A program made the position numbers and the translations under genes. A stretch of DNA of 64,000 nucleotides from Isurus oxyrinchus (Eukaryota). The stretch is from NCBI GenBank assembly GCA_026770705.1, contig JANJGN010000056.1:1984001-2048000 (forward strand), written 5' to 3'. Positions 13,985 through 26,540 of this stretch are shown in pieces. Within the stretch, counting starts at the first letter, position 1, and every line of letters begins with the position of its first letter. The notes below the pieces were generated by a model. The model made no database searches. It had not been told where the DNA came from and was given only the letters and a program-made list of their open reading frames with translations.

Positions 13985-14209
13985 CTGTAAAAAAAATCCC
14001 AACACCTTTAACCAATTTGTACCAAAAACATCTATGTTTTTTTTATTGTAAAGTCCGAGCATCAGCAGCTCTCTGCGGTTGAGAATGTCAAAGATTCTCT
14101 AACTTTTATTTGAAGAAATTGGAATATATTTTGACCTAAATTGCTGTCAGTGTTTCTGCGCCTACAAGTTCTCAATTATCCAGCCAGCAGATGAATTAAT
14201 GAAAGATCA

Positions 14210-15545
14210 CATTTGGGAGTGATGGTCGGTTAGGCATGGAGGCAGATCTGAGGGGGACGTTAAGCATAATCAGTCAAAATCCTCCTGATTAATTGCAAAA
14301 TCATTTTGGAACTAATATCACTGTCGCCGTCTGGCACATCCAGAGAAGCTGATTTTAAAAAGTGGTTTGAAAGCTGATTTTCTTACGTTAAGTGTGGTTT
14401 GTGTGCGTGCTCCGCTACTAAAAAGTGTTTAACCAAGGGCTTAACTAAGAGGAGAGAAGCGCGGGATTATTCCAGAGTTTATGAGATGCGTGAGAGGAGT
14501 CCGGAGTTGAAGAGATGTGCGAGAGGCGTGGTGGGTTGTAAAAGAGTTGGGAGAGCAGGAGCGACTAATGGAGTTCAGTGACGAGGGAACGAGATCTTCC
14601 TGTGAGTACAGTAAGGCAACGATTTGCTACTTTAATCGCATATACTAATTAAAGTTTCATTTTGTGGCTCAACGTTTGTCAGGGTTTTATTCTGTAACAA
14701 TGAGGAGCCTCAGATTAATTGATATTATGTGATGTTAAATATATTCCTAAAGTTTTCATTTAAATTAAATGGGTATGCCCAGCAGCAGGGCTCAAAGCCA
14801 TGGTGTGTTCCTCCTGCTCTCTGTGGGAAGCCTGGAAAACTTCCAAAGCCCGGGTCCAGCATGTGTGCACAAAGTGTAGCCAGGTGCATATACTAGAAGC
14901 CCGGGTTTCGGAGCTGGAGTGGCGTATAGGGACACTGTGTTGCATCCATGAGGCGCAGAGTATCTTAGAAGGCACGTGGTTACACCACAGGCTTAGAGTC
15001 CTCAGACAGGAAGGGAAGGGGTAACAACCAGTCAGAGCAAGAAGACTAGACAGAGATTGTAGGAATCTCTTGTGGCGATTCCACTGCAAAACAGATATGC
15101 TGCTATGGAAACATTTGGAGGTAGGTGCCTCTCAGGGGAAAGCAGCAGCAGCCAAATTCGTTGCCCCACGGTTGGTTTTGTTGCACAGGGGGTGAGTGGA
15201 AATTGTTGGGATACACTTGTAAAAGGTGATTCAATTGTAAGGGGAATAGATAGACCTTTATGCGGTTGCAAAAGAGGCTCTAGTATGCTATGTGGCCTCC
15301 CTGATGCTGGGGTGAAGGATGTCTCAGAGTGCCTAAAAGACATCCTGAAGGGAGAGGGTGAACATCCAATGGCAGTGGTACACGTTCTTACAAACTACAT
15401 TGGTCTAAAAGGGGATTATCTTCTAAAAGCAGGATGCAGGGAGTTAGGCAGTACGTTAAAAAAGTAGGATCTCAAAGGATTGATCTCAGGATTATTACTT
15501 TTGTCACGTGATACCCAGAGCAGTAATCGCAGGACATGTCGGATG
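14210..15545 (+). mobile_element. CR1 LINE 5' portion: 5'UTR and ORF1 (zinc finger/coiled coil plus SGNH esterase), 3'-truncated
   Basis: ORF 14800-15024 reads CSSCSLWE...CTKC...LEARVSELE. ORF 15072-15467 reads GDSIVRGIDR...GVKDVSE...VVHVLTN, the esterase-type ORF1 of CR1 elements. Confidence 0.85.
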
Positions 15546-16400
15546 CTTTCAAGAGAACATTTTAAGGTCTTATCATTCTCTCGTTATTTTTTCTGTCTTT
15601 TCTTTGCATCCAAGCAATATTATCCCCATTTTCTTTGTCTCTGCTCGTGCTAGCCATTGAATCCTAAATACGAATAGGGCCGCTCATTTGTGTCACTTAA
15701 ACAGTCACCTTCAAACTTACCCAGTTAGGAATAGTCGCCCGCATTTACAGGTCACTGCAGCACTGTCCATATCTGCCCTCATTGTGCGGTGCCAGGCCCG
15801 GTCGCCATAATATTCCATACCCGAGGCACGGCTCTGTCTGCCTTACTCTAACATCGAAGCACATGCACCTTAATCCCTCCATCCTATCTCATTATTTAGG
15901 ACAGTGATATTCTGTCTCTATTTCCCCTCACTACCTCTTCTGCCAAATTGCATTATTTTACATTGCAACACATTAAATGGCATCTGCTAATCCCCTGCAT
16001 ATTCTGCTCATCTCTCCATTTCCGATTGCAAAGGATTCGTATCATCCTCACTGGAAAACTCCCACCATGTCTGCATCACTAACACTTTTTGAGACGTTGT
16101 GCTGTAATCCTAGATTCCACTGATCTATGTTGACCAAAAATAAAACAAGCACTGATTCTTGGGGAACGCCACTGGCTACCATCATCCAGACTGAATGAAA
16201 ATGCTAACAAACAGATTCTGTTTTCTGTGCATTACCACAATTGATGCAATTGGAAAGCGACTCCTCCCCCTCCCACAACCAGCGCCTCTGTCTATTTTAA
16301 TGAGCATAAGCAGCCTTATCTGCGATTAGCTGTCAATTAATATCTCAAAATCCACTTTGACATCTATTAATTCATTAATTTTCTCTGTTGTGATATCAAA
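15545..16400 (-). mobile_element. Old CR1 RT fragment; inverted counterpart at ~55250-56024
   Basis: Degenerate CR1 RT sequence. It aligns as a reverse complement to 55250-56024. Confidence 0.55.
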
Positions 16401-16539
16401 ATACAAGTAGTTTGTACAAGCATATTCTTATTTTAAGGCATGGTGTTACAAACCAGTGACCATTCTTAATTCAATTCAACCGTCTCTAATTCCCGAATAG
16501 ACTCTTGGCAGTCAGGGCAGGTTAAAGTATTCGTTTAAT

Positions 16540-18040
16540 GCTGCAGTTGAACAGTGAGAGCAGAGATTTAGAGAGAATGAGGAGCTGATCACGAACAGGT
16601 GATTTTTTTTTTAAAGAGGAGTAGTTGAGTTGCCAGGGCAGAAAGGTAAAAGAGCGGGGTCTGAGGTGCCAGAGGAGAGATTTAAAAAGAGCTACAGCGA
16701 GATATTCAAAGCATGGATTAGAAAGTGGCTGCTCCCCCATAACAGATTTTAAAATAGTGGGAGCTAGATAATCAAAACACAGAGAGGAAAGTAAAAGGCG
16801 CTCTTCTCCCAAAGCAGAGATTAATAAAAGTAAGGAAGCTAAATAGGTAGAGCATAGTTTTATAAGAAGCAGGAAGTATTGTCTAGGACATGATTTTGCT
16901 ATAGTAGAAGAGAGCTGTCAGACTGGAGAAACAGGAAGCGCAGTATCTGTGCGGCCACAGAGACAATGATAATTTATTATTATTGATTAAGGGGGTTTTG
17001 GTGTCAATCACTCGCACAGCATTTATTGCCCAGACGTAGGTACCCTTGAGAATATAGTGGTCAGCTCCCTTCTTGAATCGCAGCAGGTAAGGCTACAACC
17101 ATACTGCTCTTAGGGAAGGAGTTCCTGGAATTTGACCCAACTACAATGCTGGAACAGGGATATCGTTTCAAACAGACTGGAGAGTAGCTTGGAGCGGAAC
17201 ATCCAAATCGTTGTGCTCCCATGAATCTGCTGCCCATTATTCTTCTAGATGGTTTCGGTCGTCGGTTTGGACTGTAATGTCAAAGGTGACTTTGGAAATT
17301 CAGGCAGTGGCACCTTTCAGATAGTACACACTGCTGCTATTGTTCGTCGGTTGTGGAGGGAGTCAACGTTTATTGATGTGATGTCAATCTAAGACTGATT
17401 TATCCCAGATGTTGTCACGCTTCTAGGCTGCTTTGGAGCTGCACACACCCAAGCAAGTGGGGAGTGTATCATCACCATCCTATCATCTGGCTTGTAGATA
17501 GTGGAATGGAATTAGGGAGTCACCGCAGGATTCCTAGCCTCTGATCTGCAATTGTAGACGTTCTGTTTATATGGCCAATCCAGTTCTGTTTCTGGTTAAT
17601 GATAAACATTACAAAGCTGATAGTGCGAACTTCGGCGATGATAATGCCATTGAATGTTGGCGTTCCGTGGTTTGATTTTCTCTTTTGGAGATATTCATTG
17701 CCTGGTGTCAATGTCCTTTGCCACTCCTCAGCGAAAGTCTGAACATGCTGCATTTGGCCATGGACAACCTCATGATTTCAGGAGTCACGTATTGTGTTCA
17801 GCATTGCGTAATCATCAGCGAACATTCCCAATTCTGACCTTAAGATGGTGAGAAGCTCATTGATGATGGAGCTAAACATCGTTGAGCTTCGGACATTACC
17901 CTGAGGAACTGATGTTCCCTCAGGAACTAAAAGGACTGGGAGCTGAGCAGTGGAGATATATATTTAGAAAGTGCACGTGGCGAAAAGCCAGAGCTAACAT
18001 TTAGAAAAGAGTGGTAGCTGAGCCGGCGGTGTGGGCATTT
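16540..18040. repeat. Degenerate ~35-40 bp purine-rich tandem array (agagattt-a-rich-gtgggagctgag), split by a LINE insertion; mirror copy at ~53670-55090
   Basis: Units are visible at 16550-16940 and again at 17930-18030, either side of the LINE at ~17000-17925. Confidence 0.6.
17000..17925 (-). mobile_element. CR1/L2-clade LINE 3' fragment (same family as 1680-2640)
   Basis: The reverse complement contains gttcctcagggtaatg...ggtcagaattgggaatgttcgctgatgattac (PQG...FADD). Confidence 0.75.
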
Positions 18041-19319
18041 AGTAATTCAGGCCCTAAGCAGCCAGTGTGAAGATGTCAGAAACACTGTAGCTGCTCGAAA
18101 AGACGGATCACGTATGCTTTTCTCTAAGAGCAATTAAAGATTGGCAATAATTGTTTTTCTTCCCAACTATGCCTCCCATGCCATGACCGAACTTGTCGTG
18201 CTTTTAATGTTCATTTATTCAAGGAAAGCGGTTGTAGTTTTCTATTTATTGCCACGTTAATTGGCAGTTGGTCTGGACAATCATTTTACCGGGTGAGTAG
18301 GGTGGTTAATTAGGAATCGTCAAGAAGATTTTGGATTAATATCATTGAAAAGTGAATGACCCACATAACAGGGAGAAGCCGGCGGAGTGACTGCCGGCTG
18401 CATCTTCCTTAAGAGAGACAGTAAGGAAAGGAGGGGCCAAATGATCTGCTTCTGTGCTGTAGACTTTCTATGGTTGTATTCTACTAACGGCATTTAAGTT
18501 AAGTAAATGATAAGAATATTCGACGAGAAGAATTACATTACAATTTTTCTCATTCAATATGCGTAGGTATACAGGAAAGGAAATTAATGGTAGGGCCATG
18601 TGTGATCAGACGTTTCTTGACTGGGAATTCGTGCAGATACCTGGTTGAAGCTTCACTCGCTATATTGATGAGTGGGTATCAAGTCATACATATGAAAATA
18701 TTCGAGAATTATGATACCAGCCATTTGGTGGCTGTGTGTGTGTGAAAAGACCGGATAACATGAAACAGAGAGTGTTGTGAATGAGCATGTGGGGTGGAAG
18801 TAACCTCATTAATCATGGAAAAAAACAAGTATGAGCTATTTGCGCTTTCAAATGAATCGGAGGGAAATCGGATTTAAAAGTTCAGTATCCAATATATGGA
18901 GTCGTCTCTCAGTTAAACGGATCATGGTAATGAGTGATCAATTGCGCCACTGCCCGTCCTTTCCCAAACCACGTGATGACCAGGCCTTCCTTGTTTTAAT
19001 CATGTGAGGTAAATGGAAATCTGAGAAGCAGCTCATTGCGCAACTGTTTGATATTTGGAGGGTGCCAGACTTCGTGAAACATGTTCTAAAAATTCCCCCT
19101 ATGTACTAATTGCCCCAGAATAGACGTCGTAGGAAATTTGCCAAGTTTGTCTATGTTACATCTGTCGAGTTGTCATGATCCAGCTGCTGATGTTTGGGTC
19201 TTCTCTTGTTGATCAGAACCACTGTTCCAATGAACACAAGGCTGTCAAAACCTGGCGTCACAATTCATCCTTTCAAACTCTGCAACGCTAACAGGAGCTG
19301 TTCAGTATTATTATTCTTA

Positions 19320-19325
19320 TTTATT
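19320..19325 (-). terminator. Candidate polyadenylation signal of gene A
   Basis: AATAAA on the minus strand about 230 nt past the stop. The equivalent position in arm B also has AATAAA (52346-52351). Confidence 0.4.
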
Positions 19326-19554
19326 ACTATTATCACAACTTACAATTCACCATTGATTACTGTATACTGTGAAAAAGAGTTCATTATACTACAACAGAGC
19401 ATTTTAAGTAGGATACCTTTTTTAGTAAGATAGTAAACGTTGTTACAAGTGTTATTCTGAAATGAATTATTTCAGGGCACGATGTTTATGTCCGCCTGTA
19501 AAGGTCAATGGTTTTCAGCTGTAATTTGCATAGTTTTGCGCTCAGTTTCACAAG

Positions 19555-20408
19555 TTACTGCATTCCGCTCTTCAGCTCCTCCCTAAACCTAGCCTGTGTC
19601 AGCACACAAATGAATGCATTTGTGCAGCAACTGAGGTCCCCTAGCATGAATCCAACTGACTTAAGCTCATTTGCCTCAGAATGTGACGTGAGTGTTACAT
19701 GCAGAGAGATAATATATATAACAGGAGTTGTCCAGAGCAATATATAGCTGCCAGTTATACTGAAGAGTAAAATAATGGACTTTCTTCGGCTTTCAATTTC
19801 AGAGTCCTTGAGATGTTCTCCATTACTGCAACCGTGGAGACCTCTGCGAACTTTACTGGCTGCCAAAATACGTCTCACCGTCAAAACATTTAGCAACAAG
19901 ATTAGAATGAATGGAACACATGGGGTCAAGGTAAGGGTAAATAATTCAAATGCGGCCCACTCAGCAGAAATGAAAAATGTATATTTTGGGACACAACCAC
20001 GATTTACATTGTCCATTATATACACAGGTTCATATGCAAAGTACCATGGAATGTTTATCAAAAATCTCAAAACACTCACCACGGTTATGACAGCTACCGC
20101 TGTTGTTTCGGTGCAATATTTTTTTCGCAGCTTCTTACAACATATCGCCACAAAATGATCGAAGGTGAACACCACTGTTAACCACACAGAGGCTGATGTG
20201 ACTACATAAATCAGTGTTACCGATAGATGGCACACTGTGCCCATGGTCAAGAATAAAATAGGAAAATACATATCTAGCGTATTCTTCAGTATGACTTCAG
20301 CAAAAACAACCAGGAGATCTGACGCAGCAATGGCAATCATAAAGTGGGTAATACATTTGGAGAGGCCACACTTTCTTCTGGAAAGGATCACAATCACAAC
20401 AACATTAA
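19555..20408 (-). CDS. Gene A exon 2: GPR139/GPR142-like class A GPCR (TM1-TM7); the joined protein is 307 aa
   Basis: Open frame with seven hydrophobic segments and the motifs CGLSKC, AASDLL, SVWLTV.FTFDHFVAICC, PFILILLLN, RRKSIILL and LSCCTN. A pyrimidine-rich acceptor (ccctctcttacag) ends at 20409 and its phase 1 matches exon 1. Stop TAA at 19557-19555. Confidence 0.9.
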
Positions 20409-23400
20409 CTGTAAGAGAGGGATAGAGAGAGCAAGAGATAGACGACACAGATGAACATGATTAATTTCTTCCCGTTGCAGCACAGGACATTGCACTTGAC
20501 CAAAATATGCACAGACTGCTTTCCGAGGTTAGCATGTTCTAAATGTTATCTGGACCTAGTGAAAGTAGATAGAATAGGGAAACATCAATTTATGATTCGT
20601 CTTTTGAAAGGAACCTCTTCAACGTAAACTGGACAACTAATGATCAATAACGATTGAGATTGTTGAGGCCGAATGTGACCTGGACAATTTGAATGCAAAC
20701 AAACAGCTGGGCATCGTGAATATTAAAAGGTAAATGAGAGGTGTAAAGAGTCAATTAACTTGTGTTGGCACAATGTGAAGTGAGAAGTGAATGGGCAAAA
20801 TAGAATCTGGGCCATGTAGAGTTATACTCTGCAAGAGGTAGTGGTGCAATGCGTGTTGGGTGGTCTATAAATGTGAATACGTAATTGGAAGGATTACTGT
20901 GCTGCAGGACTTACAGCTTGAAGGTAAAACATTGCCCAGTGGCACGAACATACTCTGAACGCTTGCGACGGTAAAGATGGAATGATAAACACACAGGAAC
21001 ACGCAATGGTCACTGAGCTACAAAAAAAGACCAGCATAGATTCCCAGGGAGAAGTTTTATTCGGAGATAAGAGCTGATCAGTCATGTGTTTTAAGTCACA
21101 TTATGTAACGTGAGATTGATTTGCTGGCTGGGCATTGTGCACGATTATTTCAGGTGAATGCATCGCTAATGTATTGCAGAAAGAATGAAGCAACATTGGT
21201 ATGCAGAATGGGTGCAGTCAGTGCTGATCAAGAGGCCAGTTTATTAGCGGACTGGGAACGGAGATATTACAATGAGATTGAGTGGGCAATATCTATTGGC
21301 CATAGGGGTACATATCTTGCAAATCAAAGTGAATGAGCAATTCAAAGATGCGATTCTAGTGAGGTTATAACTACCGAGTAGACAGGACAGAGTTCCCATT
21401 ATTTGATCGGTTGCAGAACTAATCACTTTGTTGCCGTAAGGGCAGTAGGGAGTCGATTGTGTCTCAATGACAACATCCGTGATTTGAAAGGTGAAGCTTA
21501 AAATTGATTTTTTTGGGGGGCACCAAGTGCATAAAATTGCAATAATGATTGACTATGATGGGCACAAGGATTTGAGCCTGTAGACTAACATATGTTCCAA
21601 AAAGTGAAATTACGAATTGTCGATTACCTGCCAATAAAGATCTAACTCCTAATACACTCATGTTTAAATTAATATCGTCTACAGCTTGATTCACTTCAAA
21701 TTGGCCAGGCTCGTAAAACGCATGAACCTTTGCATTATTTGTTAAAATGCATATTTCTTTTTTTTTCAAAATGCAGGAACCTTTTCCGAGAATTAGCGAA
21801 GTTATTCAATGCTGCATTGTTATACAGAAGATTAACTTCAGTCATTTATACCGATTGCTGATCAAGTTAAAGGATCTATATAAGTCAAGCGAAATTGACG
21901 TGAGCCTCAGGTAATCACGGTTGCATTATGATTTCTGTTGTTTACTTACTAAAGTCCCATTTGCATTTTGAAGAAGAGGCTTTCTAAGTGAATATCACTG
22001 AACTAATGTGTAACTGCCAGGTATGTAATAACGTGATGTGCACTTTTATTAAATTATTTCCTGAATTTCAAAGCAAGTTAAATATCTCTAGCCTGAATTA
22101 TTATCAGAAGTAAATAATCGGCTCGCTGCTGAAATTTTGTTTGTAGTTCTGATGGTGATGCAAAAGGACAGGATGTCATGGCTCCGGCAACGGTGCAGAA
22201 CAGCTTTCCGACTGAAATCTCCAGTCAGATTCGGCAGGCACAGATTAGGGAATGGAAAATGCACATTCTCAAAATTAGGGGATGAGTAGATAGAGAGTTA
22301 TTTCAAGTACCAACTGGTTTCATGGCTATGCAACATGGTGTAGTCGGAAAGTAGATTTTTCGCGAACTTGAACTTAGGGAAACAACAATGCATTGAACAT
22401 CTATAAACGGGGTGGTGAAGTAACATTTTGCATCATATTATTTCAGTAAGTTGTCGCTTTATGTTTCAGATGAACTTTGAATGAAGTAAGGCCAATGAGT
22501 CGGATAAAGCTTTTTTAAAATTTTTGGATCTGATTAAAAGCTGGCAAGCTTTGACCACACAAACAAAGAAAATATCTATTTGCGTTACATACACAGCCCA
22601 GTTGGCAGCCTCCGATTCGCAAGTCTCTAACTCGAATGCAAGCGTCAAGCATTGAACGTCTTAATGGAGCTGTCAAAGCTAATCACAATCAGCCGTGAAA
22701 ACGCCAGGCAATGGATAAAAATTAAAGTTTGATTTTCCGTGAACCATGTAGGATTCACTGGAAAAGCTGGAAGCATTATTAATCAAAGCTAATTTCACAC
22801 AATTGCATCTTAAAATAAATGTCAAAAATGAAAATTGACCTTCATTTACCCGATAACTATTATGATTTGAGCAAATCTAATATATATATATATATTCCTA
22901 CAACGACATGAAATTAAACTGGGAGACATAATTATCCGTGTGCTATTGTGAATTATACAAAGACTGTTAGCCAATTTATCAGCACTTGAAACAGTACCGG
23001 CCAGCACTGTAAATAAGGAAACAGCTTAAAAACATTGTAACTGAAACAATTATATAATGAAGCAGCCAATATTTGAACTCATTAATTATCAAAACTACTA
23101 TCCAATAAATAATCAGTATACTTGCAGAATTTTCCTCCGAATTAAACGTTGAAATGCCCCAGGAATGAACCCACCCAAATATCTGCCCAATGAAATAGTG
23201 ACGTGTCCAAACCATTATCCACTACTTAGCTAACAAATTAAGTATACAGTCATCAAATATATTATCAACATTATTTCCTGCTAAATAAATTGGAGAAATG
23301 AACATGTATATATGCGACAGAATTACCCATTGCTCTCTGGAACTGCAATCCTCTTCTGACCTGTTAATGATTTGCTGTTTGGGAAAAGGAACATGCAGCA

Positions 23401-24849
23401 GGTGCAGTGCACTTTGAAAAATGTGCCTCTTGATGTCGTTACTACAAACACCCGAGTCTCAGGAACTGCGGAGTTTCCTCCACCGTCCCAACTTTAACAT
23501 CAAATCGCAAAGTAATTACAAGATAACAATTTTCTATCGCATCTTTTGCATGCAAAACAGTTCCTGAAGGCCTAATTCATTTCAGTGAATTTGTGAATGT
23601 TGTGGCGAACGCACCAGAGAGTGTGATCCACTGAATTGTGTTCGTGGTTATGGCACATTGCTGCAGGCTCCATAGCAGCAGTTACATTAGAAAAGTGAGA
23701 CAAATCCGTTGGTGCATTTTCAAAACGCAAATCGTGATTTAAAATCATAAAGAAATATTACATTAAGTAGACAGCGGCCTGGATTATTCAATTATCGGCA
23801 GCGTGAGATGGAGAAATGTAAAATTAGCCGTTTTCCTATTCACCCTCCCTTAGACCACCTCCCCTTCCACAATTCCTTTAAATTCCCAAGGGGAGGAGGC
23901 ATGGAGTGATGCGAAATGGGCTCCGCATCCAATCGGCAGTGAAAGCCTGAACATCGTGCGGCAGAATGCAATGCTGTGAACAGAAAGTCGTTATAACTGA
24001 AAGCTCAAGACCACCTGCTCTCAGAAACTGTTTTTCCAAAAATATTTTTCATTGTAAGTTCAGGCAAGAAACAAAAAAGTGAAAAGTAAACATGAACGCG
24101 CTGGCACGTTCCCCAGCACAATCTGTAGCCACATTTAATCATGGTCCCGGGGCCTCTGTTCCGCAGGATGGTTGTCTGATGGTAGGTGCTCAGGAACATT
24201 TTTTTTTCTCCCGTCTGGGCCACGGTTATTGCAAAGCACGAATCAAGAAATCATACCATTGTGTCGTTCACAAACTCAATAACTTGCTAATTAGGAAGTT
24301 TTAAAACGTGGGCCCACCCGTTCTACATCTGCAACTGGGAGAGTCTTGTACCTGACGTCATTATACCCGATGCATGTCATTGATCGTCGTGCGTATTCGG
24401 CATTTTTGAAGTGGGTGTAAGTTGGGGAGTGGGGGTTTTGGACGGTGAGGTGAAGGGGGTGCGATTTTCAGACGAAAATTCCAGCCAATCTTTTTGGTTA
24501 AATATGTAATATTCAGGAGTGAATTCGAAATATGCGTTCTCAGTTAGGGGCCAGTGTTCTCCGAAATAATCTACATTTAAACATGCATTTTGTAGTTAAT
24601 CTTTGTTGATACGGAAAATAGAAATAGCCAAAGCCACGATTTCAATAGCAAAAGGACATCAATATTCATAGATTCGTCATCATGCAAATTTTATTTCCTT
24701 TGATCATTTGTCAAGATTAGCACTTTTATTTCCGTTTTCTCTAACTCTTCCTGAAAATAAGGGTTTTCTAGTGCTGCAGTCCATGTGAAGCAGGTGCAGA
24801 CAAAACGCTGCGAGCGATTCATTTCCAGGTTTTTGATCCAGTGACAATA

Positions 24850-26540
24850 AAGGAACTGTAAGTCAGCTTGGTGCTTGACTCGGAAAGGATTTTGTAATTA
24901 ATAGTGTTCCCATGCCTCTTCTGCTGTTGCCCTTCCACGATTTTGAGGTCAATTGCACAAATGAAGGAACGTTGCTGACATCTGCCCTGTGTCCAAAACA
25001 GCAGCAAGCAAAGCTAACAACATGGCTTAACCTGGTGAATTTCAAGCCGGGGCTACTTGCAAGCAAAACAGCGTATTCAGCATGAGAAAGACAGGGCTCA
25101 TTGATCCACTACCAAATAACGATAGCTCAGCTCTGTAGTCCTGTCACAATCACCTTTAATGGTTGTGGAAAATTCTGCACCTCACTTGTTCTCCACCAAT
25201 ATCCCCATCGACAATGAATGTGGAGCGCAGCACACCAGTGCATATACATGGCTTAAGAATTTGCAGCCACATTCACCCTGAAGTGACGGGTAGATGGACT
25301 ATCCGGCCTCCTCTTACGGATGACAAGCATCACAGATGCCAGTCTTCATACGATGTGATTCTCAGCACTCGGATTTAAGGAATGACTGAAGGAACTGGAT
25401 GATGAAGAGGCTATGGGTCCGTTTAGATAATGCCAATAGTACGGTGGATCACTGCCCCTGAATAAGCCTTCCTATCGATGTTGGTATGGTGCATCTAAAC
25501 CTTTGGCATCTATGCTGAACTTTGAGAATTTTCACAGGTATGCCTATCCACAAATAATCACTACAAATCCAACCAATCTAAGAACAGCCCCATCAGCCTA
25601 CATTTCATCAGGATCAATGTGATGAAAAGCATCATAGAAAATGCGTTCAATCGCCAAATACTCAGCAGCAAACTGTTCACTGACGCTCACTTTTTGCTTC
25701 GTGCGAGCTCCAACTCTCGGTTCGGCCTTCCTCCAAACATGTACACAGGTGCTTCACTTATGAAATGAGGAGAGAGTGGCTGTGAATTATTACAGTACAT
25801 CAGTTATCACACTCTGGTATCAAGGATGGGTATGAGAATTGTGGTCAATAAGAATAAGGGGCAACTTCCCAACTGCCTGAACTCATACCAAGCAAAAAGG
25901 ATTATTTTTTCATTTTTATTTTCTTTTGCAGGTGCATCATCTCAGCCCCATGACATAACAGGATGGCAGACTGAGGGCAGTGTCCCGAGCCCACCCAACT
26001 TAAGCTGCTGCATCAATTATGTTCTCTCCATTTGAAACACAGTAGGAGGCTGGTGTAGTGGGGAGGGTGTGGGAAAGTGAGGGGAAGTTATATCCGCTGA
26101 AAATTGTTCAAAGTTCTGCATCGTTCACGACTCAACAGATGCTGATGAAATCCGTGCCCATGTGCATCAAGTCCTGGGCAACAGCCAGACTTGTGCTGAC
26201 AAATGACAAGTAATATTTGCGCCGCAAAATTGACAGGAAATGACCATCTGCACCAAACGAACATCCAACAAAATAACCTTGACATTTACTCGCCTTACCA
26301 TCGCTTAAGCCCCCTTTGACCAGCCATTGACAAGAATCTGTGACTCGAAGGGCAGGTCAAAATCTGAAAATGCAGTGGTTAGCAATGCAACTCCTGGCTC
26401 TCCAAAACCTTTCCTCCATCTAAAATGCACAAATCAGGAATGTGATGAGATATACTACACCTGTCTAGATGATTTACGCTCCAGTAGAATTCAAGGATAT
26501 TGACTTAACCCAGGACAAAGCAGAGTGCTTGACTTGCAAT
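24850..26540 (+). mobile_element. Decayed CR1/L2-clade LINE in the intron of gene A; mirror copy at ~44760-46450 on the minus strand
   Basis: Contains RT-like gggcagtgtcccgagcccacccaacttaagctgctgcatcaatta (GSVLGP...CINDL) and upstream RT sequence. Confidence 0.65.

Noticed and set aside
19775-20158. Antisense ORFs over the GPCR exons (also 19508-19747, 51846-52049, 57491-57793)
   Set aside because: They are shadow frames of the receptor coding sequence with no independent support.
20409-20448. ORF-track N-termini MSSISCSLYPSLT (gene A) and MPCSSLTSISFSLYPSIT (gene B, 51196-51250)
   Set aside because: These are translated polypyrimidine tracts with non-ATG starts. The real N-termini come from the 70-nt first exons.
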